The notes under the pieces: generated by a model
The model's input: only the letters and a program-made list of their open reading frames with translations
Told to the model about the DNA's origin: nothing
The model's database searches: none
Program-made: the position numbers and the translations under genes
Virus record (IMG/VR): IMGVR_UViG_3300044529_000082
Span: 8,299-72,298 of that record
DNA: 64,000 nucleotides
From: a virus
Direction: 5' to 3' (one strand)
In this document: piece after piece, positions 26,160-36,013 of the stretch
How the letters are laid out: every line of letters begins with the position of its first letter
Numbering within the stretch: the stretch's first letter is position 1

Positions 26160-29100
26160 CGAAAATAATCAGCCAGTTCAACTATCTCCCGAAGACCAAG
26201 CTGCCTATTGGCAGCAGAATCCCCCGGCGGGCGCCCTCGTCGATGAATCCGGAAAACCGATAAACGCACTGCGCGATTTGTCAGCCCCGGACCTAGCGGC
26301 GCTTTCCACTGACCAGAAAGACAAGTTCGACCTTCTTTCCGCGTTTAATGCGGACCCCGAAGCGCAGAAAAATCCGGACACTGTTCAAAAAGTCGCGGAC
26401 GCTTTTCACATCCTGCGCGAGCAGCCGCTATTGACCGGCGTCACCCCCACTGGAGTAATCAAGAACGTTTGGAATACCTTTGCTGGGCTCGGGAGATACG
26501 GCGCCAAGACGGCTATTGGGACGGGCCAAATGGCAGAAAGCTTAGCCGCCCGCGCGCTCCCCGGAGATACCGCCGAAACTTTTGCAAATCAGACTGAGAC
26601 GGCAGGAAGGCAGAATCTGGGAGAGACCGCCGCCGCCACTGAACAGGGAATGACCGGCCTCGTCACCGCCGCGACAAAAGTCGCCGCAGCGTTAGGCCGC
26701 GGATTGCACCTGACTAAATCTCTTTCAGACTATTCTCCCGAAGACAAACGAAATGCGCTTTTCGATGCTGCCGCGGTTGCGCAGCAGGCCCAACAGACCG
26801 CTACCGGGCAAGGCCCCATAGCGCAAGCCGTCACGGGCGGCGCCGTCCCTGTCCGACCCGAGGAAGTCAGCAAGCTCACTTCTCCGTTTGACTGGGAAGC
26901 GCTCGGCGGTTTGACCCGCGGAGCCGCCGCAGTCACTCCCGAAGTGCTGGGCTCCGCAAAGGCGGCCGCGGGCGAGTTACTCGCCAAAGGTGCGGGCAAA
27001 ATATCTGACGTCGCTTCGCGCATCGGCGCGGGAACGGCGCGAGTCGCCGAAAAGGCCGCTCCAGTAGCCGCGGCAGTGGGCGTTCCGACATATGCTATTG
27101 CCACGGGGGACGCGCATCTTTTGGCCGAGTCTCTGCTTTTCGGCAGCAGCGCGGGAGAGAAAGCCGCCGCCGTCGCAGAGAAGACTGCAAAGGGTCTGGA
27201 TGCGGCTAGCAAGTTCGCAAAGCAGGTATCTGGAGAAGTGCCGGTAACTTCTGCATATGCCCAGGCGGCCCGTGATACGCTACTCGCGGCCCCGGCCGCG
27301 GCGGTAGAACTGGGCAAAGGCGCGGCATTCGATGTCGCAATGGCGTCTGGCGCCGACACTCCGCAAGAACGTCAAGCTGCCATCGGGCTGGGCACCGCGT
27401 TCGGATTACTCGGTGCCGCCAATATGGCCGGGCGGCACGTAATAAGCGGGCAGCTAATAGCCCCCCGGGGATATGACATTTCAATGCCAGTTTCGGGAAG
27501 CGGAAGATTTCCGGCGCTAGAAGCATTGCATAAAGACGCGTTTTCTCAGCTCGCGCCGGGGCAGCAGCAACGGCTAAATGCCGTGCGCTCTTTCTTAAAG
27601 AAGGCGTCCCCGAATACGGACGTTTTCGCCCTTGGCGAAGACCCCGCGGTGGTTTCTGATGCATTGCAGAAAACGGGGCTCTCTCCGGAGCAAGCAGACT
27701 TCTATTCCCAGCAGGCCGGTTTTAGCACAAAAATCGGGGACCGCAAAATAATCGGAGTTGCGGAACCCGGCGCGGCTCCGCACGAGGCTTTTCACGGAAT
27801 CGAAGACGTAATTGGCGCAGCTAAAATGCGAGAGCTGGATGCCGTAACCAAGCAACAATACGCAGACCGGTGGAATGATTTCGGTCGGTATTATGCGCAA
27901 CGGCTAACCGGTCAAGACCCTGGAGCTGATTGGAAAACCCCGATTCTCACTGCCTCGAAATGGGGGTCCGCTGACGCGGGCGAAAAGCTTTACCGAGAGA
28001 CGGCAAATCAATATGTTTTAGAAGCTAAACGCAACGGCCAGCCGATGCCGACCGAGCAAGAGATTCGAGACGCCGTGAATCTCAGCGCTCCTCGTCTTCC
28101 GGATGGAACGGTGGATTGGCAAAAAGTGCTTACCCCGGCTGAGCAGCAAGAAACGGCAGACCGCTATATTGCCCGAGAAAAGCTCGCTGAAAATTTCGAT
28201 GCCTTTTTCAAGCACGCCGGGCCAACGCTTGAATCCGGCAAACAGGTGCCCGAGAAGATTGCCCAGATAATGGGCCAGATGATGCAGTTCTTTGGCGTAA
28301 ATCCGCTAGCGGGTCGCGCCAGCGAAGCGCTGCACGTGCCGCTGAATCCAGACGTAATTAAGGCCGTGTCCGAAGCTGGGCGCGGGGCAATCCCCGAAGC
28401 TCCAGAGATAGCGTCTAAAACTCTAAGCGCGCCGTCCCAGTCCCGCGCGCCGATGCCCGTAACTCCGCAGCAGCAGCAAGAGGCCGCCGACGAGGCTCGT
28501 CAGGCTGCCGCCGCCGCTCCTACTACTCCCGTTGCGGGCGGCACGCAATCGCCTCGGGAGATTCTGGGCGCAATCGCGGAGTCTATTGCTAGCCGAACCG
28601 GAATCAAGCTGAATTATCTCTCGGCCCCCGATGAACCGGCGGCCGCAATTTCGATGAATCGAAAGGTCCGGCGCGCGCTAATTGAGGCAGGCCGAACCAT
28701 GAGCGCCGCGGGAAAATCGCTGTGGGAAAAAAGCTTTTTCCCTGAGCGAGTCATCCAAAACAAGAACGGCTCTTTTCAGGTCTCGGGCTGGGCGCCGGAG
28801 GTCTTTGCAGCCAATGTTCACAGAACGGCGCAGGAAGTTAGCCAATTAGGGCATCCGCAACTGGTGCCCTATCCGCTGGACCCAAAGACCGGTTCTCTTA
28901 CTCCGGATGGTTGGCGCCAGCTATACGAAGACACGCAGAAAGCGGTCCGCAATTACGTGGGCGGCTACACCGCATCCGGCGAGGATTTGGTGGTTCCTCG
29001 GTCCGCGGTTGCCGCTGGCGCGTCAAAGCCGCCAGTCCGCGGCGCCGCGGAAGCGTTAGACCAGAATAAAGCGGATTTCATCAATGCCATGTTCGGGATA

Positions 29101-32100
29101 AAGCTCCCGAAGACTCCTCGAATTTCTACCAAAGAGCTTGGATTACCGACCGCGATTGTAGGCGAGGATATCAGCCGGGCCACTCTTCCAGGCCGCGTGC
29201 AGCCGCCGATAGTCCCGCGCGGAACCTTTGAGGGGCCGAAGGCAGAAGCGCTCGGCATCGCGGGGCGCCCGATAATGGAAGTCAACCCCTGGCGCAATCA
29301 GGCAGAAGCCGCGGGCTTTGATTCGTCGAAGCTAATCGAAGCGCGCCAGAATCTCAACGTTGACAACATCAAAGACGTTGCGATGACCCCAGAGCAGCCG
29401 CAGTTCCGTGGGAATACTTTGACCCTTCAAGCCGGATTCATGCCTGCCGAAATCTCTCCCGAGAAAGAGGCCAGTATCCAAGAGCGAATCGCCCGGGGAA
29501 TCCCTCCGGCGAATATCCGCCTGTCTATTTTCAATGACCCGTCGCTGCCTGAAAAATATCATGGGGTCCAGGTGGACGAAGTTGACCCGAGCGCTCCGCC
29601 CGGACAACGGAATATCTTTTCGAGCAACCCGGAAGACATGCGGCGGCTTGGATATGACATGCCGACGACCCAGGAGCTGCTCAAGCTGCCTTTTGGGCAG
29701 CACACCCTGGCGGACGCGAAGAAAGTTCTTGGCGGCAAAGAACCGACCGGCCAGTTTAGTCCTGCCGACACGGCCGGAGTAACGAATCAAAGCGACGTTC
29801 GAGAAGCCCGCAAGGCGTGGCGCGAGCAAGGCGTCCAGTCTCCATATTTCAAGCGGTGGTTCGGTGACAGCAAAGTGGTGGACGAGAGCGGGGGACCGCT
29901 GGTTATCTATCATGGCACTACGCATAACTTTGACCGCTTCGCCAACGTCCGCGGAAATCCAGAAAACTCGCTGGGCATAGGGCACTATTTCACCACGGAC
30001 GAAAACGATGCTTCTGGAAACTACGGCACTACAACGAGCTCGGATTTGAATTCGCGACTTGAGTGGCGTGTTGACCAGTTGATTGGTGAGGATATGCCCG
30101 AGGCTGCGGCCAGAAAACAGGCTCGCCGGGAACTGGTAGGCCGCACAGAAAAGGTAATTCCTGCGTATCTGAAACTGGAAAATCCGGTAGTGCTCGACCC
30201 GAAAGGCGGCACGCATTTCAATTACGATTACGACGAGAGCACCGGCCAAGAGTCGGGAACTTCAGTTGACCTTTACAATGAATTAATGCGGCTCGGGGCC
30301 GAGCACAAATTCGACGCTCAATCGGTGTGGAACGACATCACTGAGAATGGGGCGGATGACCTAAAAGCGTATGATATTTGGAAGGAGATTAAGGATTCGG
30401 ATGCCATGCTGGACGCGACCGATGAAAATGGAAATCAGCTCAGCTCAGAAATCGCGCGGCAGCTTTTTGAAAACCTGGGATACGACGGAATAGAGCTCGC
30501 CAATCCGGCCGACGAGTATCAGGGGATGCGCCTCGACCCCGACACCAAGCACTACGTCGCTTTCAATTCTGAGCAGGTCAAAGGCGTTGAAAATCGCGGG
30601 ACATTTTCTCAACAGGACCCGCGTTTTCAGTTCCTTCCTTCGGATGAAAATCGCGAAGAGGAATCAGTGCCCAAAACGTTTATTGTCCGTCACGGCAGCA
30701 CCGAAATGAATAATGCGGACCCCGCGAAAGATTTGATACGCGGGCATCTTGACGTGCCTTTGGACGATAAGGGAAAGAAGGAGGCCAAAGAGACCGCCGC
30801 AAAGATTGCCGAGCAAGGCGGAGTCTCGCACATCGTCGCCTCGGACCTGGGCCGCACGCTCCAGACCGCTGCGGAGATTTCCAAGGCGACCGGCGCCACG
30901 ATTGAACCGGACCCCGGCTTACGCCCGTGGAAGCTGGGACCGACAATCGAGGGCCATCCAACCTCGAAGATGCTGCCGAAAATTGCGGAGCTTACCGACA
31001 ATCCCGACACCCGTCCTCCGGGCGGAGAAACCTTCAACGAATTCAAGGACCGTTTTCTGTCCGCATGGAACCGCATCCAGGCCGAGCATCCGGACAAAAA
31101 TACAGCCGTGGTGACGCATTATCGAGGCACTAAGCTGCTCGACGCATGGCGCGCGGCTGGCGTGGATAACAACGAAATCGACAAAGGGGTTTTCGAGACT
31201 TACGACAAGAACAAAAAGCCGGGGCACGTGGACGTGGTTGACAAGACAGGAAACGCCTTTTCCGGCGCCCCGGCTAAAGAAACTCCCGCCGCTCAATTTG
31301 CCACTCGAAAAGCCAAGCAGGATTACGAATTCAAAGAGTCGCCCGGCTCATTGTTCAGCAAGGCGTGGGTTCTTCCTAACGGAAAGATTGTCCAGCTCGG
31401 GGGCAAGTGGCACCATGAATGGGTGAACGAAAATCCGGAAGTGATGAAGCAATTCGGTCTGAAGAAAACCACGAGCGGAGAAGAGAACCGCGTGGATGCT
31501 CTGAAAAGAGGGTTCGCGCGCGTCAACTACGAGCGGAATACCGGCACGCTGAAGGTAGAAGCCCGCGCGCAAGACTGGGCTCGGCTATCCCCATCGATTA
31601 AAGAAATGGTCCGGGCCAACCTGGGGCGAGTCGATAACATGGACGTGCATTTGCTCGACGATAAAGCGCAGAACATCGTCGAGCAGGACGGGGTCGCACT
31701 GCACACCTATGACCCCGAGGAGCGCATGGACCACATTCCGCTGATTACGGAACCCAGTGCCACGACTACATTTTCTCCGCAGAGCTCGGCAGAATCTAAC
31801 CGCGGCGCTCAGTTTATGCCCGAGACCCGCTGGTACGGGCAAGAGCGGGAAGGCGAAAAAGAGCATAGGTGGGACGCGCTAAGTAATTCTATTTTACATC
31901 CTGACATGCGAACCCCTGCCAATGAAGGGGAGGCCCCAGAGGTTACTTTAGAGGCTCTAAAAAAAGAGGGGTATAAGACGGTGGACTGGGCCGAGACACC
32001 TACCTTTCACGACCATACAACGCGAGCCGTTTTCTATAAGAACGACCGAGGACGATTCCCTTTATCTGAAGAGGGGGTTCGCAAGGCATCGGAAGCCGCG

Positions 32101-35100
32101 AGGCAGCAGGAAAAAAAAGTGCAGGCCATTGCGTATCCGCAAGATTCAGACGTCCAATTTATGCCCGGCGGAGACGCCAGAGCAATCAAAGCAGCCGCTA
32201 TTCGTGACCCAGAGACCGGCAAAGTCTATGAAGGCCCGATGCACTTCATGGCGCGGCAGAACTACATCAAGGAACACCCCGGCTTCGACCCGATGAACTT
32301 TTTCAAGTTCGAAGAGGGATTCACCGATAACGGGGACCGTTTTCTGAGCCGCACGCAAGCCTTCGAGCGGGCCAAGGAACTGAAGCAGCTGAAGCCGGTG
32401 GTTGGGGCCAATCAAAAAAACGCCGAGCAGACGTATGACAAGCTCGGGCAGCTGGCCAGTGAGCGAACGCAATTAGCGCAATTCTTTCCCATGCAAAAAG
32501 GCGAAGGACCGGACGAAGTTTTACGAACCGCAAGAAAATTCTGGGTCACCAACGGAGGGGAGACGCGCCCTGCTTGGGGCACGCATGCGCATCAGGCGGC
32601 GCAAGAAATTCTTGGAGACTGGAAACCTAAGGACCCCGAAAACGCAGGTCCCGAAACGAACGAAGAGGCCATCAGGCGCGGGCATGTTCGGGGCGTATAT
32701 CGGATGTATCCGCACATGCTGGATTTGAACGGCAGGCCTTGGTCCGAGCTTTCGGTTCCTGCGCAAAAAGAAATAAGGCGACTATCTCAGAGCTTAGCGC
32801 TTCCGACAGATTACAATGGACGTCCCGTTGACACGGGCGTGGGTCCGTTTCCGCTCGACTCAGAAAACGTCCAATTTATGCCCGGCGGAGACCCTCGCGC
32901 GATTCGCGCCGCGGCAATCCGCGACCCGGACACCGGCGAAGTCACCGAAGGGATGGCGCACTTTTACGCGCGTATGAAGCATTCCGAGGAGCACCCCGGG
33001 ATGGGCCCGTTCAATTACTTCAAATTTCAAGAGGGCTTCGTGGACAACTCCGGGAATTTCCTCGACCGAGTCCAAGCGTTCGAGCGCGCGAAAGAGCTGA
33101 ATCAGCTCAAGCCCGCCGCTACTCCAGGCCAGAAAGATTTGCATGAACAGTTTGACCGGATGGGCAAACTGGCCGCGGAACGGGTGGCGACATCCCAGTT
33201 TATGCCTAGCCGAAGAGAGGCAGACAACATTAAAGACGAAATCGAACCGCTTTTTCAAAAGCACGGTATGTCTTTAGACGTGGTTGGGTCTTTGTCAAAA
33301 AAACCTGAAGGAAACGACATCGATTTTCATTTGCGGCCTGAAAAATCGGGCGCCACTATTGAAGAACAAATGGGGTCATTTTACGACCATATTGCGCCAG
33401 AGCTAAAAAAACAAGGATGGGACCTTCGTGATACCAACAATCCTCGGGATTATGTCCATCCTGTTCGCGGCAAAGAGTGGTTCGTTTCGGCGGACGACCC
33501 TAAAGGTAATACTGTTGAATTTTTTATGTCAGGGCCTGAAGGATTCGACAGTGCTCAATTTAGACCCGGTGCGGCGCCGGAGGAATTCAAGGACGAAAAA
33601 ACGCTGCCCGCCGCTTTGACAAAACCAAACTGGGCCGTGCTCACCGCAACCCAGGAATCGCTCGGCGCGGGGACCGACAAGGTAAATCAAGAAGCCAATC
33701 GGCGCCTGGAAAAAGAACTAAAGGCGGCCGGATTCAACCCAATTCCGGTCAAAGGGAATTACAAAGGCGTTGACCAGGGCATGAATTATTTGGTCACTGG
33801 AATGACCCCGGACGAAGCAGTCGCCTGGGGTCGGAAATTCGGCCAGGAATCTGTTCTCACTCCGCGCGGGCTGCTTTATGGGGACGGCTCGCTTAGCCCG
33901 GCCATTCCGGAAGAAACCACAATCGGAGACCGGGCCAAAAAACAGGATTTCTATTCTCAGATTGAAGGCGGCCCCGCGTTCAGCATGGGCATCGACTTCG
34001 GCAAGCGGGTCCCGGCTGCAATTGATACCGGCGCACTCCCCGGGTTCGAGGGCGAAATCGGCTCGCCCAAAACGCGTGCCCTATCTACCGTCGAGAAGGG
34101 CAACATGACGATGAAGCAGCTCGGCGAGCAGTTCCCCGAAGCTGTGGTCCCGCGGAAGAAGGACGAAGCAATTCCGTCCAAGATTACCGAGTCTCCGCTT
34201 TACAAACAGGCCGGTAGTGAAGAGAACGCGGTTAAAGCTTTTGCAAAACGGCTTGTCGATTTCGCCAAGCAGTATAAGGACCATCCGGCGTTTGAAGACG
34301 GAAAAACGTGGTATGACCACATCGCGCCGAAAATCAAAAAGCACTTTGGCAAGACCGGACAGCTTTTTGCCGAAATGCTGGCGGCCACTTCGCCGGGCCA
34401 GAAGCCGGACACGAATTTTGCTGATGCGCTGGCGGCACATGACATGGCCGTCGCGGGCAAGTATGACAAGCAAGTCAAAAAACTCGTCCAGGGCCTCGAC
34501 ATGATTGAAAAAGACACGTGGCGCGGCTGGCTGACAAAGCACGGAACAGACCTGCCCGAGACTCCCACGCCAGAGACTTTTCTGGGCCAGTGGATTGATT
34601 TTCACGACCTCAAGCCGCGCAAGGAAAACGGCGCGCTTTACGGTTACAATTCCGTGCAGGTGCTCAAGGTTGCCGCGCGCAAGTGGCTTTCTGAGGCGGG
34701 ACCTAAGACGAGCAATTTCATCCAGAACCTGCTCGGCACGGGGCACGAGGCGACGATTGACCTTTGGGCAGACCGCACCATGCGATGGGCCGGATACGAG
34801 GGCGCAAAAGACCGCTGGCGGATTCTGCCGGAGAACAAGTCCGGGGTATCAGACGAGGATTTCGCTTTCGCGCAGAAGGCATTTTCGGCCGCCGCTAAAG
34901 AGCTTGGAATGCGCCCGGACCAGCTCCAGGGCGCCCTGTGGTTCGCCGAAAAGCAGCGTTGGGCGGACAACGGCTGGTCTCCGCTCGACCTAGGGACCTA
35001 CGAACCAGAATTCGCGAAAATCGAGCAACGCCGTGCGGGCGCGCGTCAAACCGCCGCCATCAAGCAGCAGGCGAAAAAGGCCGCTCCGGCATTGACAGGA

Positions 35101-35148
35101 GAGCAAATCGGGTTTAACCTGGGGCCGGACATGATACAACCAAAATGA
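26146..35148 (+). CDS. Giant (~3000 aa) polyvalent internal virion protein
   Basis: Ala-rich ejection-like N-terminus; HEAFH zincin; ART-like module (YHGT, GHYFT, GYDG); histidine phosphatase (RHG); NTase-like (GS..DID); DUF3293-like; C-terminal glycosylase-like domain. Confidence 0.8.
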   Translation: MPFVDENNQPVQLSPEDQAAYWQQNPPAGALVDESGKPINALRDLSAPDLAALSTDQKDKFDLLSAFNADPEAQKNPDTVQKVADAFHILREQPLLTGVTPTGVIKNVWNTFAGLGRYGAKTAIGTGQMAESLAARALPGDTAETFANQTETAGRQNLGETAAATEQGMTGLVTAATKVAAALGRGLHLTKSLSDYSPEDKRNALFDAAAVAQQAQQTATGQGPIAQAVTGGAVPVRPEEVSKLTSPFDWEALGGLTRGAAAVTPEVLGSAKAAAGELLAKGAGKISDVASRIGAGTARVAEKAAPVAAAVGVPTYAIATGDAHLLAESLLFGSSAGEKAAAVAEKTAKGLDAASKFAKQVSGEVPVTSAYAQAARDTLLAAPAAAVELGKGAAFDVAMASGADTPQERQAAIGLGTAFGLLGAANMAGRHVISGQLIAPRGYDISMPVSGSGRFPALEALHKDAFSQLAPGQQQRLNAVRSFLKKASPNTDVFALGEDPAVVSDALQKTGLSPEQADFYSQQAGFSTKIGDRKIIGVAEPGAAPHEAFHGIEDVIGAAKMRELDAVTKQQYADRWNDFGRYYAQRLTGQDPGADWKTPILTASKWGSADAGEKLYRETANQYVLEAKRNGQPMPTEQEIRDAVNLSAPRLPDGTVDWQKVLTPAEQQETADRYIAREKLAENFDAFFKHAGPTLESGKQVPEKIAQIMGQMMQFFGVNPLAGRASEALHVPLNPDVIKAVSEAGRGAIPEAPEIASKTLSAPSQSRAPMPVTPQQQQEAADEARQAAAAAPTTPVAGGTQSPREILGAIAESIASRTGIKLNYLSAPDEPAAAISMNRKVRRALIEAGRTMSAAGKSLWEKSFFPERVIQNKNGSFQVSGWAPEVFAANVHRTAQEVSQLGHPQLVPYPLDPKTGSLTPDGWRQLYEDTQKAVRNYVGGYTASGEDLVVPRSAVAAGASKPPVRGAAEALDQNKADFINAMFGIKLPKTPRISTKELGLPTAIVGEDISRATLPGRVQPPIVPRGTFEGPKAEALGIAGRPIMEVNPWRNQAEAAGFDSSKLIEARQNLNVDNIKDVAMTPEQPQFRGNTLTLQAGFMPAEISPEKEASIQERIARGIPPANIRLSIFNDPSLPEKYHGVQVDEVDPSAPPGQRNIFSSNPEDMRRLGYDMPTTQELLKLPFGQHTLADAKKVLGGKEPTGQFSPADTAGVTNQSDVREARKAWREQGVQSPYFKRWFGDSKVVDESGGPLVIYHGTTHNFDRFANVRGNPENSLGIGHYFTTDENDASGNYGTTTSSDLNSRLEWRVDQLIGEDMPEAAARKQARRELVGRTEKVIPAYLKLENPVVLDPKGGTHFNYDYDESTGQESGTSVDLYNELMRLGAEHKFDAQSVWNDITENGADDLKAYDIWKEIKDSDAMLDATDENGNQLSSEIARQLFENLGYDGIELANPADEYQGMRLDPDTKHYVAFNSEQVKGVENRGTFSQQDPRFQFLPSDENREEESVPKTFIVRHGSTEMNNADPAKDLIRGHLDVPLDDKGKKEAKETAAKIAEQGGVSHIVASDLGRTLQTAAEISKATGATIEPDPGLRPWKLGPTIEGHPTSKMLPKIAELTDNPDTRPPGGETFNEFKDRFLSAWNRIQAEHPDKNTAVVTHYRGTKLLDAWRAAGVDNNEIDKGVFETYDKNKKPGHVDVVDKTGNAFSGAPAKETPAAQFATRKAKQDYEFKESPGSLFSKAWVLPNGKIVQLGGKWHHEWVNENPEVMKQFGLKKTTSGEENRVDALKRGFARVNYERNTGTLKVEARAQDWARLSPSIKEMVRANLGRVDNMDVHLLDDKAQNIVEQDGVALHTYDPEERMDHIPLITEPSATTTFSPQSSAESNRGAQFMPETRWYGQEREGEKEHRWDALSNSILHPDMRTPANEGEAPEVTLEALKKEGYKTVDWAETPTFHDHTTRAVFYKNDRGRFPLSEEGVRKASEAARQQEKKVQAIAYPQDSDVQFMPGGDARAIKAAAIRDPETGKVYEGPMHFMARQNYIKEHPGFDPMNFFKFEEGFTDNGDRFLSRTQAFERAKELKQLKPVVGANQKNAEQTYDKLGQLASERTQLAQFFPMQKGEGPDEVLRTARKFWVTNGGETRPAWGTHAHQAAQEILGDWKPKDPENAGPETNEEAIRRGHVRGVYRMYPHMLDLNGRPWSELSVPAQKEIRRLSQSLALPTDYNGRPVDTGVGPFPLDSENVQFMPGGDPRAIRAAAIRDPDTGEVTEGMAHFYARMKHSEEHPGMGPFNYFKFQEGFVDNSGNFLDRVQAFERAKELNQLKPAATPGQKDLHEQFDRMGKLAAERVATSQFMPSRREADNIKDEIEPLFQKHGMSLDVVGSLSKKPEGNDIDFHLRPEKSGATIEEQMGSFYDHIAPELKKQGWDLRDTNNPRDYVHPVRGKEWFVSADDPKGNTVEFFMSGPEGFDSAQFRPGAAPEEFKDEKTLPAALTKPNWAVLTATQESLGAGTDKVNQEANRRLEKELKAAGFNPIPVKGNYKGVDQGMNYLVTGMTPDEAVAWGRKFGQESVLTPRGLLYGDGSLSPAIPEETTIGDRAKKQDFYSQIEGGPAFSMGIDFGKRVPAAIDTGALPGFEGEIGSPKTRALSTVEKGNMTMKQLGEQFPEAVVPRKKDEAIPSKITESPLYKQAGSEENAVKAFAKRLVDFAKQYKDHPAFEDGKTWYDHIAPKIKKHFGKTGQLFAEMLAATSPGQKPDTNFADALAAHDMAVAGKYDKQVKKLVQGLDMIEKDTWRGWLTKHGTDLPETPTPETFLGQWIDFHDLKPRKENGALYGYNSVQVLKVAARKWLSEAGPKTSNFIQNLLGTGHEATIDLWADRTMRWAGYEGAKDRWRILPENKSGVSDEDFAFAQKAFSAAAKELGMRPDQLQGALWFAEKQRWADNGWSPLDLGTYEPEFAKIEQRRAGARQTAAIKQQAKKAAPALTGEQIGFNLGPDMIQPK

Positions 35149-35312
35149 AAAAGCTCGAATTAAGCGAAGCAGAAAAAGCTCAAGCCGGGAAACTGGCGAA
35201 AACCGCTACCGCAACACCGTCTGACGACTTCTGGCGGAACGTCCAGGCCGAGGCAAACCGCCTGCACAAAGCCCGCGGTCCTGAAATTAAACCACGACAA
35301 ATCCGGTCCTAG
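35145..35312 (+). CDS. 55-aa hypothetical protein
   Basis: MKKLELSEAEKAQAG...RQIRS*, ATGA overlap with the giant gene. Confidence 0.5.
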   Translation: MKKLELSEAEKAQAGKLAKTATATPSDDFWRNVQAEANRLHKARGPEIKPRQIRS

Positions 35313-35314
35313 GA

Positions 35315-35324
35315 GTAACTGTTA
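35315..35324 (+). promoter_or_regulatory. GTAACTGTTA motif
   Basis: 5 nt upstream of ATG at 35330. Confidence 0.55.
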
Positions 35325-35329
35325 AAGGT

Positions 35330-36013
35330 ATGGCCGACATCGACATTCAGCCCCGAGAACCCGCCGGTGCGATGGCAACGCCGCCCCCGGCGCCGCCGTC
35401 TCCTTCTGACGCCGCACCCACGCCCACACCCGAGCAGGCACAACCAGAGCAGCCAGAGCAGCCAGCCGCGTTACCTCCCGAATTGCTGGAAATACCCGCC
35501 ATCCAGGGCCTTGTTGCGGGCGCCCCGGCCGCCGTCTCGATGGATATCAGCCAATTTGCCAAAACAGAGCCCGGAAAGCTGATTGCGGCCAACTCGGACG
35601 ACATGCAGCAGGCCGGAATGGGGTTCTACCACTCGATAAAGGGCGATATCGGGGTGATTTTCAATCAGCTTCACGTGCATCCGGCCGACCTTCAGGCGGC
35701 CGACAAAGCGGGAAAGCTGACGTCTGTGGCGCCGCCGTGGTCCAAGGTTGACCATGCCCTATCTAAAGCCGGTGCCGCGCACCCCGCGCTGGGGCACCGC
35801 GGCGCTCCGACCGGGCCGCCTATGGCAACACCGCCTCCGCCGCCCCAGGCAGCAACTGGGGTCATCCAGACACCAGGGAAGCCCCTTCCTGCCGCTGCTC
35901 AGAATAAACTACTTCAGGCGCGAATCGCGGCTACGCAGCCAGTGGCACCTACTGGGGGGCCTGCCCCGGGGCAGTCTCAGCTCCTGAATCGGGTCCTGCG
36001 GCCCATAGTTTAG
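35330..36013 (+). CDS. Pro/Ala-rich hypothetical protein
   Basis: 227 aa, last + strand gene before the convergence point. Confidence 0.65.
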   Translation: MADIDIQPREPAGAMATPPPAPPSPSDAAPTPTPEQAQPEQPEQPAALPPELLEIPAIQGLVAGAPAAVSMDISQFAKTEPGKLIAANSDDMQQAGMGFYHSIKGDIGVIFNQLHVHPADLQAADKAGKLTSVAPPWSKVDHALSKAGAAHPALGHRGAPTGPPMATPPPPPQAATGVIQTPGKPLPAAAQNKLLQARIAATQPVAPTGGPAPGQSQLLNRVLRPIV

